64,000 nucleotides of DNA from Cyanophyceae cyanobacterium (GTDB lineage: Bacteria; Cyanobacteriota; Cyanobacteriia; Cyanobacteriales; Laspinemataceae): the NCBI GenBank assembly GCA_038321985.1, contig JBBQFN010000002.1, positions 128,001 through 192,000 on the forward strand, in the 5' to 3' direction. Below the pieces are notes generated by a model. The model saw only the letters and a program-made list of their open reading frames with translations, was not told the DNA's origin and ran no database searches. Made by a program: the position numbers and the translations under genes. Within the stretch, counting starts at the first letter, position 1, and the number at the start of each line of letters is the position of its first letter. Below, piece after piece: positions 39,840-51,583 of the stretch.

Positions 39840-41246
39840 ATGAATAAACAGGATTTAGCATTTACACCAGCCCTAGAGCAAGCGCAGCTTATTCGGACGA
39901 AACAACTCTCGCCTTTAGAACTGACCGAGCTTTATTTAGAACGCATTGAAACCTTCGATCCCCAGTTGGGCAGCTATTTTACCGTCACCTCTGAATTAGC
40001 CTTAGCCGATGCCAAAGCCAAAACGGAACAACTCGCCACAACAGATCCCCACAGCCTCCCCCCTTTCTTTGGCGTCCCAATTTCTATCAAAGACCTCACC
40101 GCCGTAGCGGATATCCCTTGTACCTATGGAGTAGCAGCTCTGCGGGACAAAGTGCCTAACCACGATCGCGCGGTTGTCACCCGCATCAAACAAGGGGGAT
40201 TTGTCCTATTGGGTAAAACCGCCACATCCCAATTAGGCAGCCTTCCCTTTACAGAACCGGCAGGATTCCCGCCCACGCGCAATCCCTGGAATTTAGACTA
40301 CACCCCAGGGGGGTCTAGTGGGGGAGCCTCCGCTGCCCTCAGTGCTGGATTATGTGCGATCGCCCAGGCATCCGATGGTGGCGGTTCCCTCCGAGGTCCC
40401 GCTGCTTGCTGTGGGTTAGTTGGGATTAAACCCGCCAGAGGTCGAGTTTCTCTAGCGCCCCTGGGGGATTGCGTCAATGGATTACTGACTCATGGGGCGA
40501 TCACCCGAACCGTTGCCGATGCTGCTGCCATGCTCGATCTGATTTCCGGTTATGTTTCCGGAGACCCTTACTGGCTTCCCGACCCTGACCCGTCCTTTCT
40601 CGCTCATGCCACAGCAAAAACCGTAAAACCCTTGCGGATAGCCTTTGTCACCAAGATTGACCCGATTGGGGAAGCAGCTCCCGAATGTCAGCAGGCGGTC
40701 CTAAACACCGTGCAAAGCCTGGAAGAGATGGGACACGCGATCGAACAAATTTCCCTGGATTTAACCGATTTACTCCAACCTCTTACCGCGATTTGGGTGA
40801 GTGGTGTTGCCTTTTCTGGGATGCCGAAAGACATCCTGCAACCCATCAACCAGTGGTTTTTAGAACGCGGACAGCAGGTAACGAGCGGCCAATACTTGCA
40901 GGCTGTAGCCCAGATGCAAATTTTCTCCCGGCATCTGGTGGCGTCCTTGGAGCAATATGATGCCCTAGTCTTGCCGGTGTTTATGAGTCCAACCATTCGA
41001 GTTGGGGAATGGGCGAATCTCAGTCCTGAAGAAATTTTGCACAAAAGTTTTGAATGGGTGGCTCCCTGTCCCCTGTTTAATGCCACAGGTCAACCGGCGA
41101 TCGTCATTCCTGCGGGATTTTCCTCCGGTTTACCTGTAGGCGTCCAGCTTGTTGGCCGTCCTGCCGGAGAAGCTCCCCTCTTAGCCTTAGCAGCTCAATT
41201 GGAAGCGGCTCACCCTTGGATCCAACACCGTCCCTCCCTCTCATGA
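39840..41246 (+). CDS. Amidase signature family protein
   Basis: GVPISIKDL, TPGGSSGG, SDGGGSLRGPA. Confidence 0.95.
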   Translation: MNKQDLAFTPALEQAQLIRTKQLSPLELTELYLERIETFDPQLGSYFTVTSELALADAKAKTEQLATTDPHSLPPFFGVPISIKDLTAVADIPCTYGVAALRDKVPNHDRAVVTRIKQGGFVLLGKTATSQLGSLPFTEPAGFPPTRNPWNLDYTPGGSSGGASAALSAGLCAIAQASDGGGSLRGPAACCGLVGIKPARGRVSLAPLGDCVNGLLTHGAITRTVADAAAMLDLISGYVSGDPYWLPDPDPSFLAHATAKTVKPLRIAFVTKIDPIGEAAPECQQAVLNTVQSLEEMGHAIEQISLDLTDLLQPLTAIWVSGVAFSGMPKDILQPINQWFLERGQQVTSGQYLQAVAQMQIFSRHLVASLEQYDALVLPVFMSPTIRVGEWANLSPEEILHKSFEWVAPCPLFNATGQPAIVIPAGFSSGLPVGVQLVGRPAGEAPLLALAAQLEAAHPWIQHRPSLS

Positions 41247-41442
41247 GCGATCGCAGTCCTCTGAGTTGACGGATGCACTCCATCCCCGCCAGAAACCGAG
41301 TTCTGCATGGATATAGTAGTCACTCACCCGCCCATTTTATTAACGTTAGTTCGGGATAAGCTGCGTTTTCTCTTTCGCCGGCGCAGTCGAAGCCCCGCTT
41401 TGTTCTTCTAGCCTCCGCCTTTAGGCTTTGGGTTCTTCATCA

Positions 41443-41473
41443 AAAAAACCCTCTCCTGAGTAGGAGAGAGTTT
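41443..41473 (-). terminator. Terminator of the 41497-42216 gene
   Basis: AAAAAACCCTCTCCT-GAGT-AGGAGAGAGTTT hairpin with A-run on the plus strand. Confidence 0.6.
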
Positions 41474-41496
41474 AGGGGTTAGCTTGAGCTTAAAAA

Positions 41497-42216
41497 TTAA
41501 TTTGCAGGAATCGTTAAACCCGAGTCGTTAGCAGGTTCTGCTGACTCAGGTGCTGGGCTGGCTTCGGGTTCAGGTGTTTCTTGGTTTTCCACAGCAGGAG
41601 TAGTAGGTTCTGCTGGGGCCGGAGTGGATTCCTGATTGATTTCCGGCATGGTGATGTTGATATTCGGGGGCGACACGGGCGCAGCAGCCGGTTGTTCTAC
41701 TGGAGCCTCTTGAGTCTGGGAATTGGGGACAGTAATATTGATATTCGGGGCCGGTTGAGCCGGTTCGGGGGCAGTTTCCTCGGCCTCGCCCGAAGTATCC
41801 GGGGTCCCCGGAATCACCCGTTCGATGATGGTCCGTTCTCGCTCGATAGTGCGGGTGGGAGCAGGTTCGGCTTGGGGCTGTTCAGGGGCCGGAGCGATCG
41901 CTGGGCTCGAAGCGCTATCACGCTGGGACGCATAATAGAGAGCTCCTCCCACTAACGCCACTAGAGAAGCCAGAATAATCCCCAACAATAAGCCTCGCGA
42001 CGTATTTTCGTTATCCCGCTCATGCCGTCGGTTTTCGCGGACGTTTTCCACGACTCGGCCTTGCACATAACCGTCGTTATAACCTGCATTCTCTGCACGC
42101 TCAGCTCGGGCAGCGGATGGAGTTACCGGGGGTACGCTGGCTTGACCGTTCCCTTGAGGTGTGGAGTTCGCCTGTGAAGGGGTCTCGTTATGGGGATTGC
42201 GTTCGTTAGATTTCAT
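41497..42216 (-). CDS. Single-pass membrane protein with Pro/Glu-rich disordered tail
   Basis: GYNDGYVQG, TM GLLLGIILASLVALVGGALYY, PNINIT repeated twice. Confidence 0.85.
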   Translation of the reverse strand: MKSNERNPHNETPSQANSTPQGNGQASVPPVTPSAARAERAENAGYNDGYVQGRVVENVRENRRHERDNENTSRGLLLGIILASLVALVGGALYYASQRDSASSPAIAPAPEQPQAEPAPTRTIERERTIIERVIPGTPDTSGEAEETAPEPAQPAPNINITVPNSQTQEAPVEQPAAAPVSPPNINITMPEINQESTPAPAEPTTPAVENQETPEPEASPAPESAEPANDSGLTIPAN

Positions 42217-42771
42217 AATCGGTTCTCTGGAAAGTATTCAATAAATAGGGGTAGGTAACGTTGGGAGTTGGATTCCGCATAGAACGCTGGGTTAAGCGTT
42301 TCCAAAAGTTCAAAGTGACTTGAAAAAAACGGTCAACACCGGTTTTATGTCCGGGTTTATCCCTGCTTCAGATTTAACCATCAAAGGAGGTCAAAACTCT
42401 ATTTCCTTCAAAAATTTTTCTCCTGAATTGTTGCTGGTTTAACTGTTGCGGGGGTGCGGTACACCCCTTCCCCAAAAAATAGTTCAATAGTCCGGGTTCG
42501 AGAACCTGATAGGAAAAAAAATAGTGTGGGACTGAAAAACGCTTGTTTTGTGAATTACTCGAAAGATTCGAGTTGACAAAACGGCTTTCTTCCTGGGCAT
42601 CCTCAAGGGCGATCGCCTTCTAGATAAAGAAGGCTCAGTGCAGGAGATGCGGGTTTACCTCCCTGTCCTATCCAGCCTGACCTTGGACCCTGGCGATTCG
42701 GTAGAAACTCCAGTTGCCTTGGATTCCTGTTTGGTTGAGGATTCATAACTGCTTTAATTTTCACTATACGG

Positions 42772-42825
42772 GGGTTTAATCCAATTAAAATCCCTCTTAA
42801 GAGGGATTTTAATTGGATTAAACCC
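42772..42825. repeat. Perfect 54-bp palindrome with no spacer
   Basis: GGGTTTAATCCAATTAAAATCCCTCTT|AAGAGGGATTTTAATTGGATTAAACCC, 27/27 matched. Confidence 0.95.
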
Positions 42826-43392
42826 AAAAAAGATATAAGCCAAAATAGAATCACTTATTAAATAAAAATTGTTTTGCTGATTTAAAGAGAGTTTTTATAA
42901 AAAAGCGGAGTAGAACTAAGGCCATAATACTTGGCTAGGCAGGGGTTAAAATTTTAGGTTGGATAGAGAAAAAACTGAGTACGGCTTCTTCAGTTTTATT
43001 TCCCTTGGAGGAGAGTTTTGTGGAGAACCAAGGTTAGCGATCGCCTTGGCAAAAGGAAATCCGGATCTGGCAGATGCTCTAGGGCCACTGTAGCAACCGA
43101 TTAGGGTGGCAGCCAAGAGATAACCTAGATGCCCAGCCTATTACAACCGGCAATCTCCGCGTAGGGGCGCTTGGGTAGAGAACCATCTAAAATCCATTTC
43201 AGCCGGCCTATAAATTGCGATTTCCTCGGGCAAAGGCATCGGCTGCTCCAACCCCCTGCTCAGAAGAGTAAAATTTAATCCGGTATCCCCTGTGCCTAAT
43301 TTTTCTAAAACTAGAGAAAATGTGGTAGAATGACGTTGTGTGAGCCTAGAGAACAGTCCTGTCCTTTCACTCTAAAGACACAGAAGACATAG

Positions 43393-43629
43393 ATGTTTAA
43401 AACCACCTTAATTACAGGCTCGATCATCCTAGCATTCGTCTATATCGGATTTGGAGATCAACTTACGTTTCTCCCTAAAGATATGCAGACAAAAAGCTAC
43501 GAAACTCGGACTAGCCTCACGAAATTTGGCAACGGACTCGTCCCGAAATGGGTTTCTAGGACCAAAGATAAACCGGATTCGTTTGAACGCACAGAAGAAC
43601 AGCTGAAGCAAGAACAAAAGGGTAAGTGA
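43393..43629 (+). CDS. Small hypothetical membrane-anchored protein
   Basis: ATG start, N-terminal TM, FGDQLTFLP motif. Confidence 0.7.
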   Translation: MFKTTLITGSIILAFVYIGFGDQLTFLPKDMQTKSYETRTSLTKFGNGLVPKWVSRTKDKPDSFERTEEQLKQEQKGK

Positions 43630-43673
43630 TGGAATTTCACGAGTCCCCAAACCTTGGTGAATTCAATTATAAG

Positions 43674-43699
43674 ACAGACGCGCTCTAGAGCGCGTCTGT
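43674..43699. terminator. Palindromic hairpin between convergent genes
   Basis: ACAGACGCGCTCT|AGAGCGCGTCTGT followed by GTTTTTT. Confidence 0.7.
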
Positions 43700-43719
43700 G
43701 TTTTTTCTACTTCAGCCGC

Positions 43720-44769
<1,050 letters not shown>

Positions 44770-44903
44770 TCAGATAAAGGAAATGATTTCTATGCAAATT
44801 TCAAGGTTGAGGGGTGGAAAAGAGGGTTCTCTCTGTTTCCTTCGGCTTAAAGCTACTCTAGAAATCGTAGGCTGACAATCATTTCCCAGGAAGGATAGAA
44901 CCG

Positions 44904-45536
44904 ATGGATGAAGTGGTAAAAAAGGTGGCCGCTTTGGGACTGCCTGGAATCATTCTGGCGATCGCCATGGCAACCACGGGGTTAACGGGTGCAGCGGCGA
45001 TCGCCGCTGCCTTAGCCATGTTGGGAGGTCCGGCAGGGATGCTTGGCGGCATTGGCGTCTTGAGTATCACCGGGTTAATTGCAGATTATCTGACCCGGGA
45101 AAGTATCGAACAGTTACTTACCGATGTTTATCGCATCCGTTCTCGTACCGAACGCACTCAAACCGTTTTAGGCGAGTTGGCACTGTTGCCGATTTCGGAA
45201 GAGTTGAAATCTCGCTTGGAGTGGGAGGTTCGCCAAGTCGGCAACCAACAAGCCAATTTTGCCACCTCGATTTCCCCGATCACCCAGGAGGCGATCGCCA
45301 TTTTAAACCAGGTTCGGGGAATCAACTATGCCTCAGAAAGCGACTTGAAAAATTCCCGACCCGTTTTTGTCCTGCGCGATGGCACCGTCGTTCGCACCTG
45401 GAAAAATCTGTTGGGAATTGACCATATTTTCTTAGCTGATGCCCAGGGGAATATCATTTATGGGGGGTTTGTCAGTTGGTTTGATAGCGACTCCCTGAGT
45501 GATGCGATCGCCCGGATGCGCACGGATTTTACTTAA
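44904..45536 (+). CDS. Hypothetical protein with Gly/Ala-rich hydrophobic N-terminus
   Basis: Clean ORF with AGGA RBS; glycine-zipper-like segments. Confidence 0.75.
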   Translation: MDEVVKKVAALGLPGIILAIAMATTGLTGAAAIAAALAMLGGPAGMLGGIGVLSITGLIADYLTRESIEQLLTDVYRIRSRTERTQTVLGELALLPISEELKSRLEWEVRQVGNQQANFATSISPITQEAIAILNQVRGINYASESDLKNSRPVFVLRDGTVVRTWKNLLGIDHIFLADAQGNIIYGGFVSWFDSDSLSDAIARMRTDFT

Positions 45537-45691
45537 CCTGACGATGAAACGAATTGCATCCTTCAAAAAAGCGCTGCCCCCGACTTCCCTTAATCCGAGG
45601 GGAGTTGCCGGAAAGTTGCAAGGTTTTGATGGATTTGGCAACGCCTGAAACAGTGTCCTTGAGAAAGATTGCGATAAACTAAGTAAAACTT

Positions 45692-46309
45692 ATGTTAGTG
45701 GTGTTTGCTGTGACTCAAAACAGGGCAAATGTCAACAACCGAAAACCCCCGATGCCACCGGGTACCCTATCGGCACTGAATTATTATGCATTGCTGGGCC
45801 TCTCCAATGGGGCGACGATACCGGAAATTCGGAGAGCTTATCGGGAACTGAGCAAGCGCTATCATCCAGATACGTCCAATCTCCCCCAAGAGGAAGCTCG
45901 GGAAAAATTCCAACAGCTTAAGGATGCCTATACAACCCTGAGTAATGACCGAGAACGTCACCTCTATGACGTGAAACTGAGGCTAGAGCGGGATGGAATT
46001 GGGGGCAATGGGGTAACATTACCTCCAAACTGGAAGCGCACCCCTGATTCTGCTCCCGGGAGGTCTACGGGAACATCTCGGGAACCCTCAGAGCGTCCCC
46101 TATCCCCTGGGGAGTTGTTTGTTTTATTAATTTTGGGCGTCACTTTGGTTGGCTGTTTGTTGCTGGCGATCGCCCTGGGGCTAACTCGCGAAAATCTCCC
46201 CTTACCCTCTCAGACTCAGGGTTCGTTCTCGATGCCAGTACAATCGGCGATCGCCTGGGATGGGAGAATTAACCGATCCGACTCTGATCCGACTCCGATC
46301 CAACTTTGA
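45692..46309 (+). CDS. J-domain (DnaJ-like) membrane protein
   Basis: YYALLGL...YRELSKRYHPD; C-terminal TM. Confidence 0.9.
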   Translation: MLVVFAVTQNRANVNNRKPPMPPGTLSALNYYALLGLSNGATIPEIRRAYRELSKRYHPDTSNLPQEEAREKFQQLKDAYTTLSNDRERHLYDVKLRLERDGIGGNGVTLPPNWKRTPDSAPGRSTGTSREPSERPLSPGELFVLLILGVTLVGCLLLAIALGLTRENLPLPSQTQGSFSMPVQSAIAWDGRINRSDSDPTPIQL

Positions 46310-46418
46310 GGTTGAACCCGTGAGATGCCCTTTTTATAATAAATAGAGCAGGCGGCGACTGCGCCCGGTGAATCCAAACTGAGCAAAACTTCTAAACTTG
46401 ATAAAGGCTAACTTTTTT

Positions 46419-46691
46419 ATGACATTACCTTCACCGGATACCCCGCTTTATAACCATGCCCTGACTGCGATCGAGCAATGGTTAGAAGAGCAAGGATGCG
46501 AACAAGATGATACAGAACTGCACTGTTGGCGCGTAGAACGCCCGAGTTGGAACGCAGAACTCGTGCTAGATGTTGATCGCGTTAGCGTACGTTATCTTAA
46601 TGCCGAGGATGGGGTGCAAGATGTTCAACGCTCCTTCAAATATTCCCTAAGTCGGCGAGATATTGAAGAAGCGATTTTTAGTGGGCCCTAG
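46419..46691 (+). CDS. DUF3143 family protein
   Basis: TPLYNH.L..IEQWL, RSFKYSLSRRDIEEAIFSGP. Confidence 0.85.
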   Translation: MTLPSPDTPLYNHALTAIEQWLEEQGCEQDDTELHCWRVERPSWNAELVLDVDRVSVRYLNAEDGVQDVQRSFKYSLSRRDIEEAIFSGP

Positions 46692-46774
46692 AAGGAGGGG
46701 GAAGAGGGAGAGATTTAAGCAAGCTAGATCAAGGACCCAGGACCCCTGAGATGAGACCCCCTTGGAGGAAGAGC

Positions 46775-47524
46775 TTAAACCTTGCCAAAACGCCGCTCGC
46801 GCTTTTGATAGGAACGCAAGGCATAATGGAACTCTTCGCGGTTAAAATCAGGCCAAAGGGTTTCGGTGACGTAGAGCTCTGAGTAGGCGACTTGCCAGAG
46901 GAGAAAATTGCTTAGACGCATTTCGCCACTGGTGCGGATCAACAAGTCGGGGTCCCCAACATCTGAGGTGTAGAGATGACGTTCAAATAAGGCTTCATCG
47001 ATTTGTTCCGGTTGGATGAGACCCTGCTGTACCTGTTGAGCGATCGCCCGACAAGCTTGGACAATTTCTTGGCGTCCCCCGTAATTCGTAGCGATGGAAA
47101 AATGAATACCCTTATTGTTACGGGTATTCTCAACGGAACGAGAGATTTCTTCTTGGAGGGATTTGGGCAACGACGCTAAGTTTCCGACAAAGTTAATTCG
47201 GACATTTTCCTCCATCATCTCCTGGAGTTCTTGGCGCAGGACCCGCTCAAACAGGGTCATTAAAAAATTGACTTCCTCTAAGGGACGCCCCCAATTTTCG
47301 CTAGAAAAGGCATAAACCGTTAAGGCTTGAATTCCCCAATCCCGACAGCAACGCAGGAGGTCTTTGAGGGTATCGACTCCCCGCCGATGTCCCATAAACC
47401 GGGGCATTCCATGAAGCTTTGCCCACCGACCATTTCCATCCATAATCACTGCTACGTGCTTGGGGAGTCTCTCGCGATCAAGGTCAGCAGGCAACTCTTG
47501 TAAGGTTGATGGCTTGGTAATCAT
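46775..47524 (-). CDS. uppS: Isoprenyl (undecaprenyl diphosphate synthase-type) transferase
   Basis: [43 protein letters not shown]. Confidence 0.97.
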   Translation of the reverse strand: MITKPSTLQELPADLDRERLPKHVAVIMDGNGRWAKLHGMPRFMGHRRGVDTLKDLLRCCRDWGIQALTVYAFSSENWGRPLEEVNFLMTLFERVLRQELQEMMEENVRINFVGNLASLPKSLQEEISRSVENTRNNKGIHFSIATNYGGRQEIVQACRAIAQQVQQGLIQPEQIDEALFERHLYTSDVGDPDLLIRTSGEMRLSNFLLWQVAYSELYVTETLWPDFNREEFHYALRSYQKRERRFGKV

Positions 47525-48477
47525 TTTTTCTCCCGTGAAGCCGATGATGGAAGACGGAGCAAGCGTAGCACGAGTGCCACCCCTTTGAATACTAACTGAC
47601 GACCTAAATTTCGCAGATCCGGAGCAACGGTTTCCCGTTCCACGCTTTGCGAAAATCGGGCTTGTAGTAGTTCTTTCAGTTTACTGCTGGTTAAAGGTCG
47701 ATTCAGTACACCCTTTTCCGCGAGGGAAATTGAGCCGGTTTCCTCAGAAACAACAACGCAAACACAGTTTTCAACTCGTTCAGTAATTCCCATTGCGGCC
47801 CGATGTCGGGTTCCTAACTGCCGGGAAGCGGTGCGATCGGACAACGGCAGAATCACCCCTGCTGCCATAATCCGAGAGGCACGAATTAACAGCGCCCCAT
47901 CATGCAAGAGGGTACTGGTCTGAAAAATGGTCTGCAATAGTTCTTTTGAGACTTCGGCATTGATTTTTACCCCAGGAACCGAAAAATCTCGTTCGTCTAT
48001 AGGACCGCTAGTTTCTAGAATCATCAAAGCGCCGGTACGGTTTTGGGAAAGCTCCTTAACTGCATCGACGATTTCATCAATTACACTATCGGGTTTGGGA
48101 ATAATCTGGCGGTAGGGTTGAAACAGTTGGCGGATTTCTCCTTTACCCAGTTGTTCCAGAAATCGGCGGAACTCTGACTGAAGAATAACCGCCATTGCGA
48201 CTGCCGAACCTAATACTAAGTTAGTTAAGACAAAACTCAACAACTTCATTTCAAGGCGGCTACTGATAGCTGCTGCAACCATCAGAATGATAAACCCGCG
48301 AACGATCCAGAGGGTCCGGCGTTCCCCAATGATGACGAGCACCATATAGGTCAGGGCCAGCACTAAGATGATATCAAGCGGACCTTTGAGCCATTGCCTC
48401 CAAATCTGGACGAGGTGAAGCAGCAAGGACTGAGTCCAGTTCGGGTCGATCGACAATTGCTCCCACAAATAGCTCAT
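47521..48477 (-). CDS. cdaA: Diadenylate cyclase
   Basis: 3 N-terminal TMs, LHDGA, GTRHRAA, VSEETG. Confidence 0.95.
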   Translation of the reverse strand: MSYLWEQLSIDPNWTQSLLLHLVQIWRQWLKGPLDIILVLALTYMVLVIIGERRTLWIVRGFIILMVAAAISSRLEMKLLSFVLTNLVLGSAVAMAVILQSEFRRFLEQLGKGEIRQLFQPYRQIIPKPDSVIDEIVDAVKELSQNRTGALMILETSGPIDERDFSVPGVKINAEVSKELLQTIFQTSTLLHDGALLIRASRIMAAGVILPLSDRTASRQLGTRHRAAMGITERVENCVCVVVSEETGSISLAEKGVLNRPLTSSKLKELLQARFSQSVERETVAPDLRNLGRQLVFKGVALVLRLLRLPSSASREKK

Positions 48478-48699
48478 CGGATCTCGATTAACCTTGCGCT
48501 TCTACATGATGAGACTGATAGGCTGGCAATCTCGCCAGCCTTTTGTTTGTTGATGGGGTTTAACCCATTTTATTTTGGGGTGACTCGGTGTCAACACTGG
48601 GCGATCGCCCCTAACTGGAATCAGTTTTTAACCCTTTACCGGCTTGAACTCCAGAAGTTTTAATGGCTTGCACCGCTTGTACTTTCCCCGGAATTGCTC

Positions 48700-50109
48700 T
48701 TAACTCGGATGAGTCAGGCGTTCGGGTAGGCGATCTTGTCGAATTAAATCTTCGTAAGTTTCCCGGGCCAAGATGATATTAGCAATCCCATCTTTGACTA
48801 ATACGGCAGCAGGTCTCGGCACGCGATTATAATTTGAGGCCATGCTGTAATTGTAAGCACCTGTTGCCATCACGACTAAAATATCACCGCTTTCAGTTTC
48901 TGGCAGGTGGGCTTGCTGAATTACGATATCCCCGGATTCGCAATGCTTACCGGCTATAGTAACAGTTTCGGTCAGGGGTGCGGACATCCGATTGGCAATC
49001 ACCGATCGATAGACGGACTGGTAGGTAATCGGACGGGGGTTATCAGACATCCCGCCATCGACGGAGAGATAGGTACGGATTCCGGGAACCTGTTTTTGTG
49101 CGCCTATGGTGTAGGCGGTTACGCAGGCTGGACCAATGAGCGATCGCCCGGGTTCACACAGCAATTTCGGTAAGGGTACTTGTTGGGACTCACAGGCTTC
49201 GGTAATTGCTTCGCTAACTCCTTTCACCCATTCCTCAATGCTCGGCGGATCATCGGATTCGGTATAGCGAATGCCTAATCCGCCTCCGACATTCAGCTCG
49301 GTGATGGGTAATTGATAGGTAGCAGCTTTTTTTAACCACTGTACCATCACTCCAGCCAGGTCCCGATGAGGTTGCCGTTCAAAAATTTGGGATCCGATAT
49401 GGGCGTGTAAGCCAATGCAGCTTAGGACGGGGTGCTGTTGAACAAATTCAAAGACTTGCTCGATTTGGTCGGGATCGAAGCCAAATTTACTGTCGAGATG
49501 TCCGGTACGAATATATTCGTGGGTGTGACACTCGATGCCCGGTGTGAACCGCAGCATGATCCGGATGGAAGGGTGGGCAGTTTCGGTGGCGATCGCCACT
49601 AAGTGATGCAAATCCTGCCAGTTGTCGGCAACGACGGTAGTGCCACTCGCGACGGCAAGCTGCACCTCTTCTTTAGACTTGTTGTTGCCGTGGAGGTAAA
49701 TTTTTTCCGGCTGTAAACCGGCTTCTAGGGCCGTGTACAGTTCACCGCCACTGACTACATCAATCCCTAGACTTTCTTGGGCAACGATCGCGCAAATTGC
49801 CAAACAATTCCAGGCTTTAGAGGCATACAAGACTTGAGACTGACCTTTATAGTAGCGGGCAAATAAGTCCCGATACTGTCTTGCCCCTTCCCGCAGGGTG
49901 TCTTCGTCCAAAATATAAAGCGGCGAACCGAATTGCTCGACCAAAGTTATGACATCACAGCCGCCTATTTCTAAGCGATCCAGTTCATTTGACCGGGCTG
50001 TGAGGGGGAACAGTTCCTGATTGGGCGATCGCTTCTCGGTTGCGCTATTCGATTGAGTTAGATACTGACGGCCTGTTTTTTGAACCGTCTGGGTTTGAAT
50101 GGATACCAT
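48700..50109 (-). CDS. lysA: Diaminopimelate decarboxylase
   Basis: YASKA, HAHIGSQ, EPGRS, HCESGD, GAYNYSMASNYN; ATG 50109 chosen to avoid overlap with rimI. Confidence 0.96.
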   Translation of the reverse strand: MVSIQTQTVQKTGRQYLTQSNSATEKRSPNQELFPLTARSNELDRLEIGGCDVITLVEQFGSPLYILDEDTLREGARQYRDLFARYYKGQSQVLYASKAWNCLAICAIVAQESLGIDVVSGGELYTALEAGLQPEKIYLHGNNKSKEEVQLAVASGTTVVADNWQDLHHLVAIATETAHPSIRIMLRFTPGIECHTHEYIRTGHLDSKFGFDPDQIEQVFEFVQQHPVLSCIGLHAHIGSQIFERQPHRDLAGVMVQWLKKAATYQLPITELNVGGGLGIRYTESDDPPSIEEWVKGVSEAITEACESQQVPLPKLLCEPGRSLIGPACVTAYTIGAQKQVPGIRTYLSVDGGMSDNPRPITYQSVYRSVIANRMSAPLTETVTIAGKHCESGDIVIQQAHLPETESGDILVVMATGAYNYSMASNYNRVPRPAAVLVKDGIANIILARETYEDLIRQDRLPERLTHPS

Positions 50110-50209
50110 ATTTAAGAATTTGTATGGGGTTACGTCGAGCAAGGTAAGTGGCTTCGTTTTCCAGTGTACAATCGTCTCTTGTCCTTTCTCCTTAAACCTA
50201 GGCTGTTTT

Positions 50210-50791
50210 GTGCCTGTTTTATTACTTAACCGACTCACACCGGATCTGCTGGAGTCTGTGGTGGAACTCGATAAGCGTTCTTTGGGTGGAATGTGGAGCT
50301 TCGATGCTTATCAGCGCGAGTTCAACAGTCCAAACAGCGATTTACTCGTGTTATCGATTGCTCCTGCATCCGACTCGGCTAACTCCCCTGAATTTACTCA
50401 TCCCTCCCCTCTGGTAGGAATCGGTTGTCTCTGGTCGATTCTGGAGGAAGCTCATATCACGGTGCTTGCTATTCATCCCGATTACTGGCATCAAGGTTTC
50501 GGTCAGTCTCTCCTTTATGGGTTGCTGACTTGCGCGCGCCAGCGAGGGTTGGAATGGGCGACCTTAGAAGTGCGTCGATCTAATCAACCCGCCTTGTCTC
50601 TCTACCAAAAATTTGGCTTTAGAGAGGCGGGCTGTCGCAAACGGTACTATAAGGATACGGACGAAGATGCCTTAATTTTTTGGCGTTCGGGTTTGCACAA
50701 ACCAGAATTCACGGAAAGTTTAGGTCAGTGGGAAGTGATGGTGCGCGATCGCCTGAATCATTCGGAGTGGTCTTTATTCATACATCTTTAG
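50210..50791 (+). CDS. rimI: Ribosomal protein S18 alanine N-acetyltransferase
   Basis: EEAHITVLAIHP, ATLEVR.SN..A..LY.KFGF...G.RK.YY; GTG 50210 start inferred. Confidence 0.9.
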   Translation: MPVLLLNRLTPDLLESVVELDKRSLGGMWSFDAYQREFNSPNSDLLVLSIAPASDSANSPEFTHPSPLVGIGCLWSILEEAHITVLAIHPDYWHQGFGQSLLYGLLTCARQRGLEWATLEVRRSNQPALSLYQKFGFREAGCRKRYYKDTDEDALIFWRSGLHKPEFTESLGQWEVMVRDRLNHSEWSLFIHL

Positions 50792-51001
50792 GATGATTGC
50801 TTTTTGAGAGTTTTTGCTATAATGTTATCAGGTCTGGTGAAACATTAAAGCTACTTTGAAAAGTTGCGGTTTCATGACGTTAGCAACAGATGACCCTCGG
50901 TCTGACGGTGGAAATCTTCATTTCCGACTTAAATAGGCTTCTTTTTTACCATTCAAGTTTCTCTAGTAAAAACCACCCCAGGGTGTTTAAGGGGTAAATA
51001 T

Positions 51002-51361
51002 ATGACCAAACTGCTGTCTACACTACTGACGTTCGCGGTAGTCAGTCTGAGTTTTACCGCGATGGGACCGGCTACTGCAATGACTCCTGAATTTTTGGTC
51101 GCACAGGGTCCGGAATCAAGTCTAGAGTCTACGGAGACGATGGCTCAAACTGACATGGGCGATCGCGCTGATCTCGAACGGGGTATTAGTGATTTTGAGT
51201 GGGATCTTCCCAATCAAAACCCCCAAACTGAGTTCGGATCTCCAATCTTCCTCCCAATTCGTCTGACTGCTCCTTCCCAGGAAAACGAGTCAGATGGGTT
51301 AGCGGTTAAAATCGACCTCACTAACTTAGATCGGTTAGAACCTGCCCAGGGTCAACGCTGA
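51002..51361 (+). CDS. Secreted hypothetical protein
   Basis: AGGGG RBS, signal peptide ending ATA. Confidence 0.75.
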   Translation: MTKLLSTLLTFAVVSLSFTAMGPATAMTPEFLVAQGPESSLESTETMAQTDMGDRADLERGISDFEWDLPNQNPQTEFGSPIFLPIRLTAPSQENESDGLAVKIDLTNLDRLEPAQGQR

Positions 51362-51381
51362 TTGGTTATCAAGTCAAAGGG

Positions 51382-51411
51382 GAGGATGGCGATCGCCATC
51401 CTCTTTTTTTT
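51382..51411 (+). terminator. Terminator centred on a HIP1 site
   Basis: GAGGATGGCGA|TCGCCATCCTC followed by a T-run. Confidence 0.75.
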
Positions 51412-51583
51412 CTTTTTTAGTGCTGCACCTATTCTGAATTAATCCTTAACCCCTACCGCGCGAATCCTAACCCCGAAACCTTTCCATTTCTTTAAAAGAA
51501 ACCGGAAAAGAAACAGGTTTTTAAACCCTATATTCCCTCTCCCGAATAAATTCATCCTAAACCGGAAAACTGATTCGAGTATA

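Noticed and set aside
50099..50238. Head-to-head overlap of lysA and rimI ORFs
   Set aside because: The overlap disappears with the more plausible starts at 50109 (lysA) and 50210 (rimI).
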